Of a DNA stretch of 64,000 nt, positions 10,870 through 24,040 are shown piece by piece. Each line of letters opens with the position of its first letter. The stretch's first letter is position 1. The notes beneath the pieces were generated by a model. That model was not told the DNA's origin. It worked only from the letters and a program-made list of their open reading frames with translations, and made no database searches. The stretch is taken from assembly GCF_963921235.1 (NCBI RefSeq), contig NC_086108.1, positions 98,148,001 through 98,212,000 on the forward strand, read 5' to 3'. Origin of the DNA: Mobula hypostoma (lineage: Eukaryota). A program made the translations under genes and the position numbers.

Positions 10870-13190
10870 GCAGCAATGTGACAGAATGGCTTTTTAGAGC
10901 AGCTCATGGTCGAGCCCATTCCAGGTTCAGCTATTCCAGATTAGATGCTGTCCGATGAACCAGAATTGATTTAGAAAGCTCAAGGCAAAAGAACCCCAGG
11001 GGCAAGTGATCATAATATGATCAAATTCACCCTGAAATTTGAGAAGGAGAAGCTAAAGTCAGATGTATTAGTATTACAGTGGAGTAAAGGGAATTACAGA
11101 GCTAGAATGGACTGGAAAGGAGCACTAGTAGAGCAGCAATGGCTGGAATTTCTGGAAGCAATTTGGAAGGCACAGGATTTATACATCCCAGAGGAAGCAG
11201 TATTCTCAAGGAAAGATGAAACAACCATAGCTAACAAGAGAAGTCAAAGTCAACATAAAAGCCAAAGAGAAGGTATATAATAGAGCAAAAATTAGTGCGA
11301 AGTTAGAGAAATGGGAAGCTTTTAAAAACCAACAGAAGGTAACTAAAAAGTCATTAAGGAGGTAAAGATGGAATACGAAAGTAAGCTAGCCAATAATATT
11401 AAAGAGGATACCAAAAGTTTCTTCAGATACACAAAGTGTAATAAAGAGCCTAGAGTGAATATCAGACTGCTGGAAAATGATGCTAGGGAGGTAGTAATAG
11501 GGAACAATGAAACAGCAGATGAACTGAATAAGTATTTTCAATCAATCTTCACTGTGGAACACATTAGCAGTATAGTGGAAGTTCCAGGCGTCAGGAAGCA
11601 TGAAGTGTGTGAAGTTACCATTACTAGAGAGAAGGTTCTTGGGAAACTGAAAGGTCTGAAGGTACACAAGTCAACTGGACCAGATGGTGCACACCGCAAA
11701 GTTCTGAAAGAGGCAGCTGAAGAGATTGTGGAGGCACTAGTAATGATCTTTCAAGAATCGCTAGATTCTGGAAAGTTTCTGGAAGACTGGTAAATTGCAA
11801 TTGTCACTCCACTCTTCACGAAGGGAGAGGGGCAGAAGAAAGGAAACTATAGGCCAGTTAGTCTGACTTCAGTGGTTGGGAAGATGTTGGAGTCATTATT
11901 AATGATGAAGTCTCAGGGTACTTGGAGGAATGTGATAAAATAGGCTGTAGTCAGCATGGTTTCCTCAAGGAAAAATCTTGCCTGACAAACTGTTGAAATT
12001 CTTTGAAGAAGTAACAACAAGCAGGATAGACAAAGGAGAATTGGTTGATGTTGTGTACTTGGATTTTCAGAAGGCCTTTGACAAGGTGCCACACATAAGG
12101 CTGCTTAACAAGCTATGAGCCCATGGCATTACAGGAAAGATTCTAGTATGGATAAAGCAGTAGCTGATTGGCAGGAGGCAAAGAGTGGGAATAAAGGGAG
12201 CCTTTTCTGACTGGCTGCTGGTGACTAATGGTGTTCCACAGGGGTCTGTGCTGGGAACGATTCTTTTTATGTTATATGGCGATGATTTGGATAATGGAAT
12301 TGATGACTTTGTTGCAAAGTTTGCAGAATATATGAAGACAGATGGAGGACTGGTAGTTTTCAGGAAGTAGAGAGGCTACAGAAGCACAAGACAGATTAGG
12401 AGAATGGGCAAAGACATGGCAGATGGAAGACAAGTTGTTGAGAAGTGTATGGTCATGCACTTTGGTAGAAGAAATGAAAGGGCTGACTATTTCCTAAATG
12501 GAGAGAAAATACAAAAAACCAAGGTGCAAAAGGACTTGGGAGCCCTTGCGCAGGATTGTCTAAAGGATCATTTGCAGGTTGAGTCTGTGGTGAGGAAGTC
12601 AAATACAACGTTAGCATTCGTTTCAAGAGGTCTAGAATATAAAAACAAGGATATAATGTTGAAACTTTATACAGCACTGGTGAGGCCTCACTTGGAGTAT
12701 TGTGAGCATGTTTGGGCTGCTTATCTTAGAAAGGATGTGCTGAAACTGCAGAGGGTTCAAGGGAGGTTCACGAAAATGATTCCAGGATTGAATTGCTTGT
12801 CACACAAAGAGTGTTTGATGGCTCTGGGCCTTATTCGCTAGAATTCAGGGGAATAAGGGGTGACCTCATTGAAAACAAGTAAATAGTGAAAGGCCTTGAT
12901 AGAGTGGATATGGTGGGAGTCTAAGACCAGAGGACACAGCCTCAGAATGGAGGGGCATTCTTTTAGAATGGAGATGAGGAGGAATTTCTTAAGCCAGAGA
13001 GTTGAATCTGTGGAACTGTTTGCCACAGGCCAAGTCTTCATGTACATTTAAGGCAGAGGTTGATAAATCCTTGATTGGCCAGGACATGATGGGATATGAG
13101 AAGGCAGGAGGATTGGAGCTGAGAGGAAAATTCAATCAGCCATGATGAAATGGCAGAGCAGACTAATTCTGCTCCTATATCTTATGATAT
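10870..13190 (+). mobile_element. CR1 LINE ORF2 remnant with 3' tail
   Basis: [51 protein letters not shown] motifs; multiple stops and frameshifts. Confidence 0.93.
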
Positions 13191-14078
13191 ACCTCTTCAG
13201 CCTTTTGTATGGAGCTTAGCCACATATATCCATTTAATTTTTAACAGAAGGGATTCTGCAGATGCTGGAAATCTTGAGCAATATACACAAGATGCTGGAA
13301 GGACTCAGCAGGTTGGGCAGTACCTATGGAGAGGAAAAATCAGATTACATTTTTTCTTTCAAAGAATCTTTGCCAACGATTAATGTGAAGAGTCTCTACC
13401 TCCAGACACAACCACTTTGAGTACTTCTGATGAGCCAGCTTCCACAGCTCTCTGGGGGCAGTGATAATCCACTCTCTGAAATATGACAATTTTTAAAATA
13501 CTTTCGTTTAAAATGTCCAGTTCCTTTTCTTGAAGATGTATCCTCTTGTGGAACAGTACAGCACAGGAACAATGGAAGCAGATACAATAGTCATGTTCAA
13601 GAGATTTTCAAATGAGCAGATGAATAACCAGAGAATGGTGGGAAATGGATCATCTGCAGGCAGAAAAGTTTAGTTTAATTAGGTGTCATGCTTGGCGCAG
13701 ACATCATGACATCATGAACTGAACAGGCCTGGACCTATTCATTCTATTCTATGTAACTGACATAAAACAGGAGGGCACTAGAATACTAGGCAGATCAGGT
13801 AGCTCCTTAGGAGAGAGAAACAGAGAAAATATTTTAGTGCTGATGACCTTTTACTAGCAAATTTAATAATGACAGTCTATTCTGATAATGCATCTGTTTT
13901 TAGTGAATGTTCTTTTAGTTGTTATTGTCATTAAAATTTAATTGAATTATTTGCTTTTATAGAATCTTCCATAATTTTAAGGGAAGCCTTCAAATGTTAA
14001 AGGCATCTCACTTATAAAAAAAAGTGAGAGATCTTCAGCTCTTATATTTTACTGGAATATGAGGCGTATGCTTTACAG

Positions 14079-14128
14079 CAGGGATTCCCAATGTTTTTAT
14101 ACCATGTTCCCCAGGTTGGGAACCCCTG
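14079..14128. mobile_element. 50-bp hAT (Charlie-type) MITE remnant
   Basis: TIRs CAGGGATTCCCAA / TTGGGAACCCCTG. Degenerate 8-bp flanks CTTTACAG / GATTATAG, both with central TA. Confidence 0.65.
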
Positions 14129-15044
14129 GATTATAGTATAGTTCTTGACCAACATCAGGTTATTGTTGATTATCATTTCAATGCATTGGGGATTTTAGGA
14201 TTGCCTGTACAATGCAGATCTTGATTGTTGGAAATGCCAAACCAGTGGATAGACTCAACAGCAGGAGGATTAGAAAGTTTGAGATCAAAGGAAATATGCT
14301 GTTAATGGGCTAGTGTTATAATGACAGCTCTGATGAAAAGGAATGACTAATGGCTAGAAACAAACAGGGGAAGTGCAAAGTTGGAAGAAGCATTCCTGGT
14401 CCAGTAGTTTTACTGAGACCCAGGAGCTACACAGGCATGTGAATATACTGACAGAATATTTTTATCGAACAGACTCTGAGTCAGCGTCTCACTTTTCTTG
14501 ATCTTGAATTTGCCCAAACCTCAGAGCTCAATCTTGTTCACTCTTCTTGCTTGTGCTTTTTGTTTTACTTTAGCTTCCAATCCAATAAAACCTCACCCCC
14601 ATCTCCAACTGTGTAATCTTAATCCTGCATACAAGTCATTTCTAGAAGTTTTTGGAAAGAATAGAGGGCTACGTGGTTGGCACAACGTGATGGGCTGAAA
14701 GGCCTGTACTACGCTGTTTTATTCTATGTTCTATCAAGGTCTGCTAGATTTTCAGAATATATTAACTAACTTTCTAACCATGGACTTCTCTCTCTAAACC
14801 TCGAACTCCTTTTAATGGGGCATCACGGGCAGGATGTGAATGTACAAACTCCTTACAGACAGAGGTGGAATTGAACCTAGGTTGCTGGTGTTGTAGTAAC
14901 GTTATGCTAACCTCTACGCTACCACGCGATTTAATATTCTACTCTCATTTTTTAATCCTGTGGAGTAACCTTCTATGTTTGATGATATTGAACATCTTTT
15001 GGAAACACAACTACATTACCTTACCTCCTCAAGAAGTTCCAGAG

Positions 15045-15640
15045 AACACAGAACACAGAAGAATACAGCACAGAAACAGGCCATTGGACCCAAAATGTTG
15101 TGCAAATCCAGCTAAAAAGCAAAATTAAAAGAACACCAGAACACTAATCCCTCCTACCTACACCATGTGCATATCCCTCCATCTTTGTTACATGCATGTG
15201 TCTATCCAAACGTCTCTTAAAAGTCTCCAATGTATTTGCCTCTACCATCATACCAGGCAGCATATTTCAGGCATCCATGACTCTCTGAGTAAAAAGCTTA
15301 CCCCTCACATCCCCCTTGAACCTATCCTCTCTCATCTTCTAAGCATCCCCTCTGGTATTAGACACTTCAACCCTAGGAAACAGATGCTCTCTGTTCACTC
15401 TATCTATGCCTCTCAGAATCGTGTAAACCTCTATCAGATCTCCCCTCTGCCTCCAACACTCCAGAGAAAACAGCCCAAGTTTACCCAGCCTCGTGTGATA
15501 GCACATGTCCTCTAAACCAGGCAGCATCCTCGTAAACCTCCTCTGCATCCTCTCCAAAGCCTCAACTTCTTTCTGATAGTGGGGGGCGACCACAACTGTA
15601 TGCAATACTCCAGATGTGACCTAACCAGAGATTTATAAAA
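15045..15640 (-). mobile_element. CR1 LINE 3' fragment
   Basis: ORF 15339-15605: PHYQKEVEALERMQRRFTRMLPGL..RGDLIEVY. Short tandem tail at ~15045-15065. Confidence 0.85.
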
Positions 15641-16149
15641 TATAATTGCATGGTGAGAAGGCGGGGGAGTGGGACTAAATGGGAGAATGGATCAGCTCAT
15701 GATAAAATGGTGCAGACTCGATGGGCCGAGTGGCCGACTTCTGCTCCTTTGTATTATGGTCTTATGGTCAAACAAGATCGCTCTTCCATTAAATCACGAT
15801 GACACTGCAAGGCTTTGTTACAACATTCCAAACATCCTGCGATTATCTCATTAATCATGGATTGCAGCATTTTAGCCATTGACACTAGTTTGGCTACATG
15901 CTCTGTGGTTTCCTACTTTTGGTCTCTGTTCTAGAATAGTGGCATTACATTTCCAGTCTTCCTCTGGAACCTCTCCAAAATCTAGGGAGCTTTGCTAGAA
16001 GCAGCCAACAGCATGCTCAAGAGATGAACACCAGATCACTTTAGCTTTTGAAATAACGAGGAGAGGGCATTTCAAAGTTTCAGATGACACTTCATTTGGA
16101 AAAGTACTAAGTAATAGGAACTGACATCAAGTAGATGCAGAAATTTCCG

Positions 16150-16725
16150 AGAAGACTAGAATATAAAAGCAAGGATCTGATGCTGACGTTTTGTAAGGCA
16201 TTGGTTAGACTACACTTGGAGTATCGCGAGCAGTTTTGGTCCCCTTATCTAAGAAAGAATGCACTGGCATTAGAGAGGATTCAGAGGAAATTTACAATAA
16301 TTATCCCATGAATGAAAGGTGTGTTTCATGGCTCTGGGCCTGTACTCTGTGCAGTTTAGAATGATAGAGGGATCTCAATGAAATCTATTGAATATTGAAA
16401 GGTCTAGATAGGATGTTTCCAATAGGGAAAGGATCTAGGACCAAAGGACATAGCCTCAGAATAATGTCCTTTTAGAACTGAAATGAAGAGTAATTTCTTT
16501 AGTCAGAGGGTGGTGAATCTCTGGAATTTATTGCCACAGATGGAAGGAAAGTCATTGGGTATATTTAAAGTGGAGATTGATAGCTTCTTAACTAGTAAGG
16601 ATGGCAAAGATTATGGGGAGAAGGCAGGTGAATGGGATTGAGAGGGATAATAAATCAGCTATGATGGAATTGCAGAGGGACTCAATGGGTGAATATCCTA
16701 ATTCTGCTCCTATCTCTTATGATCT
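16150..16725 (+). mobile_element. CR1 LINE 3' fragment
   Basis: LEYKSK..LVRLHLEY-like sequence and CCTAATTCTGCTCCTATCTCTTATG tail. Confidence 0.8.
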
Positions 16726-17264
16726 AAGTGGAGAGTCACATGTCAGACAGCACTTAATGCAGAGAGGTGTGAAATTTTACAGTTTGGAAGGATGATGAAG
16801 AAAGGGAGTACAAATTAAAAGGTATCATTTCAAAATTGGGTGCAAGAAGAGGAAGATGGAGTGGGAGTGGGCATTTGTGCTAAAACAACCAATAGTAGAG
16901 GCAAGGTAAATAACATGCAAATGAGATGTTAGGAATACTAACAATCAGGATGGTTAGTAACAATACTAACAAACAGTAAGCAAGTTATTCTTATCTCTGG
17001 CTACATCCTTGGTGAAATGTGTCATTCAGTTTTGGGCATCAGAGTTTATGAAGAATGCCAAGTCCTGGTGAGGGGGCAGAGTGGATCTACTGCATTGTTA
17101 ATTATGGCTTCACTTCCACAGCTGCCGCTATTGTTCTCCTTAAAGGAGGACATGAAATTTGAATTCACATTTTTGATAAAGATGCCGTTGACTCTGTACC
17201 CTGCCTTCAAGTTCAACTTCCCAAACTGTTATTAGTTAATAAATGGATCTTGCAATGAGAAAAA

Positions 17265-17625
17265 TGAAGTTCAAAATACACTTATTATCCAAGTATGAGT
17301 ACTGTGTACAGCCTTGAGGTTTGTCTCCCTGCAGGCAGCCACAAAGCAGAGAAATTCAATAGAACCAGTTAAAAAATCCACACAACAAAGACCAATTTGT
17401 GAAAAAGGACAATTTGCGCAGACAATAAAAAGTAAACAAATAACACAGGGAAGACAAACCGCAGAGTCCCTGAGAGCGAGTCCACAGACATGGAGCCAGG
17501 TCCGCCTGGAGGCGAGTAGAGTCGGTCCAGGAGCCGGGTGGCTGCAGGCCACAGCCATGGAGTCAGTCCAGGAGTCCGATGACTGCAGGCCACAGCCACT
17601 GAGTCTGTTCAGTGCTGAGACGAGG
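17265..17625 (-). mobile_element. Non-autonomous retroposon with Rex-Babar-type tail
   Basis: Tail similar to those at 23100 and 40800. GC-rich head contains a duplicated CTGCAGGCCACAGCCA. Confidence 0.5.
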
Positions 17626-17814
17626 CATTGTTCCCACAGAGTCAGAGGGATCGTGGCAAGCCAGTGAAGAGTGGACATTCTTTCTTTACAGGTTTACAGC
17701 CAAGTAGACCTGGAAGAAAATTACCAAGGATCTCTGTGCAAGTTGATGATGCCTACATCTTGTGGAAGCATGCAAACCAGGCATATCCCCATCATTATTC
17801 AAATTCAAAAATTA

Positions 17815-18525
17815 GATATGCAAAGGGATTTGGGATTCCTAGTGCAGGATTCCCTAAAGGTTAACTGCCAGGTTGAATCAGTAGAACGGAAGGCGAAAGC
17901 AATGTTAGCACTCATTTCAAGGGGACTAGAATACAAAAGCAATGCTGTAAGGCTGAGGCTTTATAAAATATTAGTCAGGCCATATTTAGAGTATTCCGAG
18001 CAATTTTCAGACCCATATATAAGAAAAGATGTGCTAAAATTGGAGAGGTACCAAAGGAGGTTTATGAGAATGATACCAGGAATGAAAGTGATAACTTATG
18101 AGGGATATTTGATGACTCTGTGCATGTACTTGCTAGAGTTTAGAAAAATGAGAGGGAACCTCGCTGAAACGCTGTATATTAAAAGGCTGAAATAGAGTGG
18201 ATATGGAGGGGATTTTACCTATAGAGGGGGAGTCTAGGACCAGAGGACACTGCCTCAGAATTCAAAGACATCCTCTTATAACAAAGATGAAGGATTTCTT
18301 TAGCCAGGTGGTGATGAATCTGAGGAATCCATTGCCACAGACAGCATGGAGGCCAAGTCATTGGGTATATTTAAAGAGGAGGTTAATAGGTTCATGATTG
18401 TCAAAAGTTATGCGGAGAAGACAGAACAGTGTGGGGAGTGGGGGAAAAAAAGTCAGTCATTATCAAGTGGCAGAGCAGACTTAAGGGGTGAATGGCTTAA
18501 TTCTGCTCCTGTGTCTTATAGTTTT
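17815..18525 (+). mobile_element. CR1 LINE 3' fragment
   Basis: ORF 17671-18195 C-terminal part QRDLG..GLEYKS..LVRPYLEY; GESRTRGH; CR1 tail. Confidence 0.88.
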
Positions 18526-18814
18526 CTGAGCTCTCTTGCAGTGGGCAGCAGACAGTGAGATGGTGCTGAGATCAAAAGCAGCAGGTAGGAGTCTTCCTTG
18601 GGCAAGGAAACAGGCAGCAAGTAGGGGCTTGAATTCCATATATTTACAGTAGTATTATGTTATGTCTTTAATCTGCACATGTAAGATATGTATATTATAT
18701 TACCACATGTCTGTCGTCATCTTGAACTCTGCTGTTGCTGCAAAATGCTAATGATTGCATTTATACCATAAGGCTACAAGATTCTTGATCAGGTACACAT
18801 ACAGCAAGGTAGAG

Positions 18815-19050
18815 TTGCAGTTAGCATTGCCATTTTATAGTGCCAGTCACCTGAGCTCAATTCCCGCTGCTGTCTGTAAGGAGTTTGTTCATTCTCCCTG
18901 TAACGGGGTGAGTTTCCTCCGGGTGTTCCAGCTGTCACCCACACTCCAAAGATGTATGGGATTGTAGGTTAATTGGTCACGAGTGTAACTGGACGGTGTG
19001 GGCTCGTTGGGCTGAAAGGACCTGTTGCCATGTTGTGCATCTAAGTAAAT
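18815..19050 (+). mobile_element. tRNA-derived V-domain SINE (HE1/V-SINE-like)
   Basis: B-box-like GCTCAATTCC, core CTGTAAGGAGTTTG..TTTCCTCCGGGTG..CCCACACTCCAAAGA, (TAAA)n tail. Confidence 0.75.
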
Positions 19051-19069
19051 AAATAAATAACACACGAGG

Positions 19070-19460
19070 CTGTACACAGGAATTGGAAGACAGAGGCCCA
19101 AAGATCAAAGGTGAATCAGAAGTCAAGGCCCAAGGACTGGATGTCTGAGCCTGCGGGTCTACTGGGGAAGTTGAAGCCTCGCATCTGTCAATCCATGAGT
19201 CCACTGGAGACTGGAGGCCAGAGACTTCCTGCCCTAGGATTGGAGGACTATATGTGGGAGGGAGGAATGGGGCTCGTTTTCCTGTGGTTGCTCCTTGTGT
19301 CTTGTGAACATGGTGCGCATGTTATGCTTTCTGGGACTGTGGGGTGACACTTGTGGGCTGCACCCCCAGCACATCCTTATGTTGTGTTGGTTGTTAACAC
19401 AAAATGACACGTTTTGCGGTATGCTTCAACGTACATATGATAAATAAAATGAATCTGAAT
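19070..19460 (+). mobile_element. Non-autonomous retroposon; same family as 43330-43495 plus 44185-44365
   Basis: Shared GACACTTGTGGGCT..CCCCAGCACATCCTT..GTTGTTAAC body and ATAAATAAA..TCTGAAT tail. Confidence 0.55.
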
Positions 19461-21607
19461 CAAGCTGGAGACCAAATTTTATGTAATTACCCACTGCTGA
19501 TGTCCTTTAGGGGAATTTCACTCGGGGGAGAGTGGGGGTGGGGGAGAAAGGGTAGTGGAAATGGGCAATCAAAAAGCGGGAAGATGAATTTCCCCAAGGA
19601 ATGCATTGTTGTAGTATGTTACATTTAAGCAAATTTTTGAGATTTTTTTTGATTATGCGAAGTAATTTCTTGGCTAAAAAGTTTTAAACAACAAAGTGAT
19701 CCAACAACAGAGTAGCATCCAAGCTTTCTTCCACTGCAATGGTGAATTCAAGACATCTCATAATGGGATAACCTAACCTTTTAGAATCATAGCTTACTAA
19801 AACTATCATCTAGTCCATGCCAACCTGATCTTTTGCCTCGTCCCATTGACCCGCACCCGGACCATATCCCCCCGCAAACCTCTCCCATCCATGTACCTAT
19901 CCAAACTTCTCTAAAATGTCACAACTGAGTCTGCACTTACACTTCTGCTGGCTGCTCATGCCACAGTGCCTTCTAAGTGAAGAAGCTTCCTCCTCAGATT
20001 TCCCTCGAGTATCTCAGCTTTCACCCTTAAACTATGACCTCTAGTTCTCATCAGTCTCACCCAGCCTGCATGCATCCACCACAGCACACAGTTGCATTAT
20101 ACACTTTAGCAGGGTCTTGGGACAGGAACCACAATTTATCAGAGTGGATGCAACACCATCTTATCGAACAGTTACTGACCTCACTCCGGGGCTGTGAATG
20201 CAGAACACACCTGACCACTCAAGACTGCCCCACCAGTCCACGCGATCGTGGCTGACCTGCCCCAGGCCTCCTCTGTGCTAGACACAATGGCCAAAAAAAA
20301 TAACGCTGATATTGAAAGTACTAGCTGGTCAAAACTAAAGTCTGTTTCTAAGGCCAAGCTCCGGGTGAGAATTAAAAAAAGCCGACCTTAAATGGGCAGC
20401 TGCATGAACTTATGACGACTAACGCATTGGATTTCCTATCAGCTTGAAGTCATCGAGAGTCAGGTGGCTTGAAATTCTCTTTGCCTGATTTGGATCAAGT
20501 GGAAGGCATCTCTGCCTGGCACTTGGTGCGACTCAGGCACCGGAACATGTTACAATTAAAATGGCACCTGGCAGACTGGTCGTCATGGGGGATAAATTAG
20601 CTTGATTCCTTAGCCATCTTTCAGGGCCAAAGTGAAGATATCAGGACAGGCATTTGGGACAGGTGGGAATATCAAGCCTGTTCCACAGAGGATAGCAAAC
20701 ACCATTCAGACCAGCAGCACTTTTACAGCACCCAGGAGCATATGAACGTTAAAGCAACAGGCCATTTGGCCCCACACACCGGTACTACTATTTAACAAGC
20801 TCACAGCTGAGGGAAGTTTATAAAGATGGGGTGGGGGGAGAATACAAAGAGTTGGGGGGGGGGGGTTGAGTGTGGTTGGTGCCTGGAATGCATTGTCAGG
20901 GATGATGACCGAGGCAGATACGATATAGGCACTTTAGAGGCTCTTAGGTTGTTCATATCCCTCCATTCAATGCACTACGTGCTGGCAGAAGGATTTAAGT
21001 GTCATTGGCTTAACTAGTTCAGTAGAATTTAATTGGCCAAAGGGTTTGTTCCTTGGCTATACTGTTCCATGAATAATCAATGTTCTATAATGTGGTGTCA
21101 AATTATCACCATCTCCCTCTATTTCCTTAATATCTAAAAAATCAGCTGATTTTGTTTTGGATACATGCAGTAACTTCACCTGCCTCCCCCCACTCTTTAA
21201 TTAGAGAGTGTCAAAGGTTCAGGAAAAAAAAATTCTCAAAGCATATAGCAAATACCTTCAGCAACTGACTTCAGCCGCCGGTCTTCGGGTTTGAATATGA
21301 ACTGTGGATTAAATCTAAAATGCAGCTCTGAACAATGGATTCCTAAGACTGTGATCCACAGTTCACTGGAAGACCAGACAATGCTGATTAAATTCATTTC
21401 TTGGGTGTCTGTAGTGAGGGTGGTATGTAGTTCAAAGGAAGCATTATAAAAATGGAATTGTCCTTTGATCTTTAGCACAGCAGTCCCCAACCACCGGACC
21501 GCGGACCAGTACTGGGCCGCAAAGCATGCCCTACCGGGCCGTGAGAAAACAATATGAGTCAGCTGCACCTTTCCTCATTCCCTGTCACGCACTGTTGAAC
21601 TTGAACA

Positions 21608-22260
21608 GAGGGTTGCCAACTGTCCCGTATTAGCCGGGACATCCTGTATATTGGGCTAAATTAGTTTGTCCCATACGGGACCACCCTTGTCCCATATTTC
21701 CCCCGCTAAGGTAGAGCGTTCCTATGAAACCTTTCGTGCCGAAATGGCGTAAAGCGAAGAAGCAATTACCATTAATTTATATGGGAAAATTTTTTGAGTG
21801 TTCCCAGACCCAAAAAATAACCTACCAAATCACACATAAAACCAAAAATAACTGTAACATATAGTAAAAGCAGGAAAAAAATATGATAAATACAGAGCCT
21901 ATATAAAGTAGAAATCATGTATGTACAGTATAGTCGGGAAGATTAGGCCAAAACCGATTTGTGGAAAAAAAACCCAGCATGTACGCGCATGCGCACGTCA
22001 CGCATGCGTACAAAGGTACCCGCACAAGGCTTCGTGGTCATGGTAGTCTTTCTCGGGGTAAGCAGAAGTGTCTCGTCAACACACAACAAAAACCGCTGGT
22101 GAACGCAGCAGGCCAGGCAGCGTCTATAGGAAGAGGTACAGTCGACGTTTTGGGCCGGGCCCATTTGTCAGGATTTGACTGCTACTTTTGTCCCTTATTT
22201 GGGAGTGAGAAAGTTGGCAATCCTAACTGCAAAAGACACGTTGAGGTGAGTTTAACCCTA
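21608..22260. mobile_element. Second hAT-like element nested in the Charlie-type MITE
   Basis: 8-bp TSD CTTGAACA (21600-21607, 22261-22268). Left end GAGGGTTGCCAAC; matching GTTGGCAATCCTA at 22213-22225; terminal AACCCTA at 22254-22260. GTCCC/GGGAC subterminal repeats. Confidence 0.85.
22078..22174 (-). mobile_element. Penelope pseudo-LTR fragment inside the nested hAT
   Basis: GCAGCAGGCCAGGCAGCGTCTAT..CAGTCGACGTTTTGGGCC matches the pseudo-LTR at 2310-2410. Confidence 0.8.
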
Positions 22261-23094
22261 CTTGAACACCCCCCATCCCCCAGTTGGCCGGTCCGCAAGA
22301 ATATTGTCAATATTAGACCGGTCCGCAGGGCAAAAAAGGTTGGGGACCCCTGCTTTAGCATATAAAATAGAAACATATATAAACATAGTAAACCTACAGC
22401 ACAATACAGGCCCTTCGGCCCAAGATGGGGTCTCAATATGATGCCTGCTCTGTCTGATTTTATCAAATAAAGAAACAGCTTCATACCTACCAGTACTCCT
22501 CTCTGGTAACTTAATTCATGTGACAACAGTGACCCGTGATTCTAGGCCATCCCAGCCAAAGGATCATTATCCTTCACTCTATCCTGTCAAGTGCCTCAAG
22601 ATATTTTAATGAGGCCACATCTCACACCTCCAAACTCGAGAGGATAAACTATCAGTCTTTTTACTCTCATCTGACAATTCCTCATCCCTTGCATGAATTT
22701 TCAATGCAAGCCCTCTACTGCAAGAATATTTTTCATTCGATAGAGAGACCAGACCACAATACCATATACCAGACACAGTCTCACTAGGGCCCTGTATAAT
22801 TGATGTAAGATGCATCATCAGTCTGAGGACTGATAATCTGCCTCAGGCTCTCACCCTAGAAGCATCAGATTTAAGAATGCAACTAACTCCCATGCATAAT
22901 TAACCAAGGAACGATGGACTGTAAGATCCAATTCTCAGCCACAACATATGGCAAGCGAGCGTTCTGCAGGTAGAAAAATAGACCATCTATAACTTAATTG
23001 GATTCTTATTCAAAGAAAAGTTCAGAAGGAAAATTACAAGATAGTAAATGCATATTTTTAGACTGAGATTTGAAACATTGATGCATCCCCAAAG

Positions 23095-23505
23095 TTCAAG
23101 GTTCAAAGTAAATCTATTAGCAAAGTTTATACATGTCACCATATACTACCCTGAGATTTGTTTTCTTGTGGGCATTCACAGTAAATACAAGGAAACACAC
23201 TGGAATTAATGAAAAACTACAAAGACGGAACAACCACCAACATGAAAAAGACAACAAATTGTGCAAATAGAAACAGAAAAGAAAGAATAAATACGTAATA
23301 TATATATTTTGAGAACATGGGTTGTAGTGTCCTTAAAAGTGAGTCGATAGGCTGTGGAATCAGTTCAGTGATGGGGCGAATGAAGTTATCCACTCTGGTT
23401 TAAGAACCTCATGGTCGAAGGGTAATAGTTTCTGAACTGGTGGTGTGGGACCTAAGGCTTCTGAACCTCCTTCCTGATGACAGCAGTGAGAAGAGAACAT
23501 AGCCT
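23095..23505 (-). mobile_element. Rex-Babar LINE 3' end
   Basis: Minus strand encodes LFSLLSSGRRFRSLRSHTT-like Rex1 C-terminus; TTTACTTTGAACCTTGAAC tail. Confidence 0.8.
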
Positions 23506-23754
23506 CTTCACTACGTACTCAATACATCTAGCAGTAACTTCTCTGCTAAGAAATTACCTCAATATACATGACAATACTGCAATTCAAAATTTTCAAAACA
23601 AAAGAGCAGAGATCAATTTTGGATCAGTAATAATTACTAAAAGCTAATTAAATGTCTTTTTTGTGACACGAGTTTAACTTGATATGGGACCTCTTGCATT
23701 AACCCAGGTATTTAATGAAGCCCTAGATATATGTCTCATCTGAACCTTGGACTG

Positions 23755-24040
23755 TTGATTTATTTATCAAGACACAGCCCAGAACAGGCCCTTCCTGGCC
23801 ATTCAAGCCTCGCCGCCCAGCAATCCCGCGATTTAATCCTAGCTTAATCACAGGACAACTTACAATGACCAATTAACCTACCAATAGTGCGTCATTGGAC
23901 TGTGGGAGGAAATCAGAGCACCCGGAGAAAACCCACGTGGTCACGGAGAGAATGTACAAACTCCTTAAAAGCAGTAGTGGGAATCGCACCCAAGTCACAA
24001 GTACTGCAAAGCGTTGTGCTAACCACTATGCTACCGTACC
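23755..24040 (-). mobile_element. V-domain tRNA SINE
   Basis: Minus-strand A box ACGGTAGCATAGTGGTTAGC, V core and (AAAT)n tail. Confidence 0.8.

Larger units (their letters stand above)
21478..22352. mobile_element. hAT (Charlie/Buster-type) non-autonomous DNA transposon
   Basis: TIRs CAGCAGTCCCCAACC / GGTTGGGGACCCCTG (13/15). Perfect 8-bp TSD CTTTAGCA (21470-21477, 22353-22360) with central TA. CCGGTCCGC-type subterminal repeats. Confidence 0.93.
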
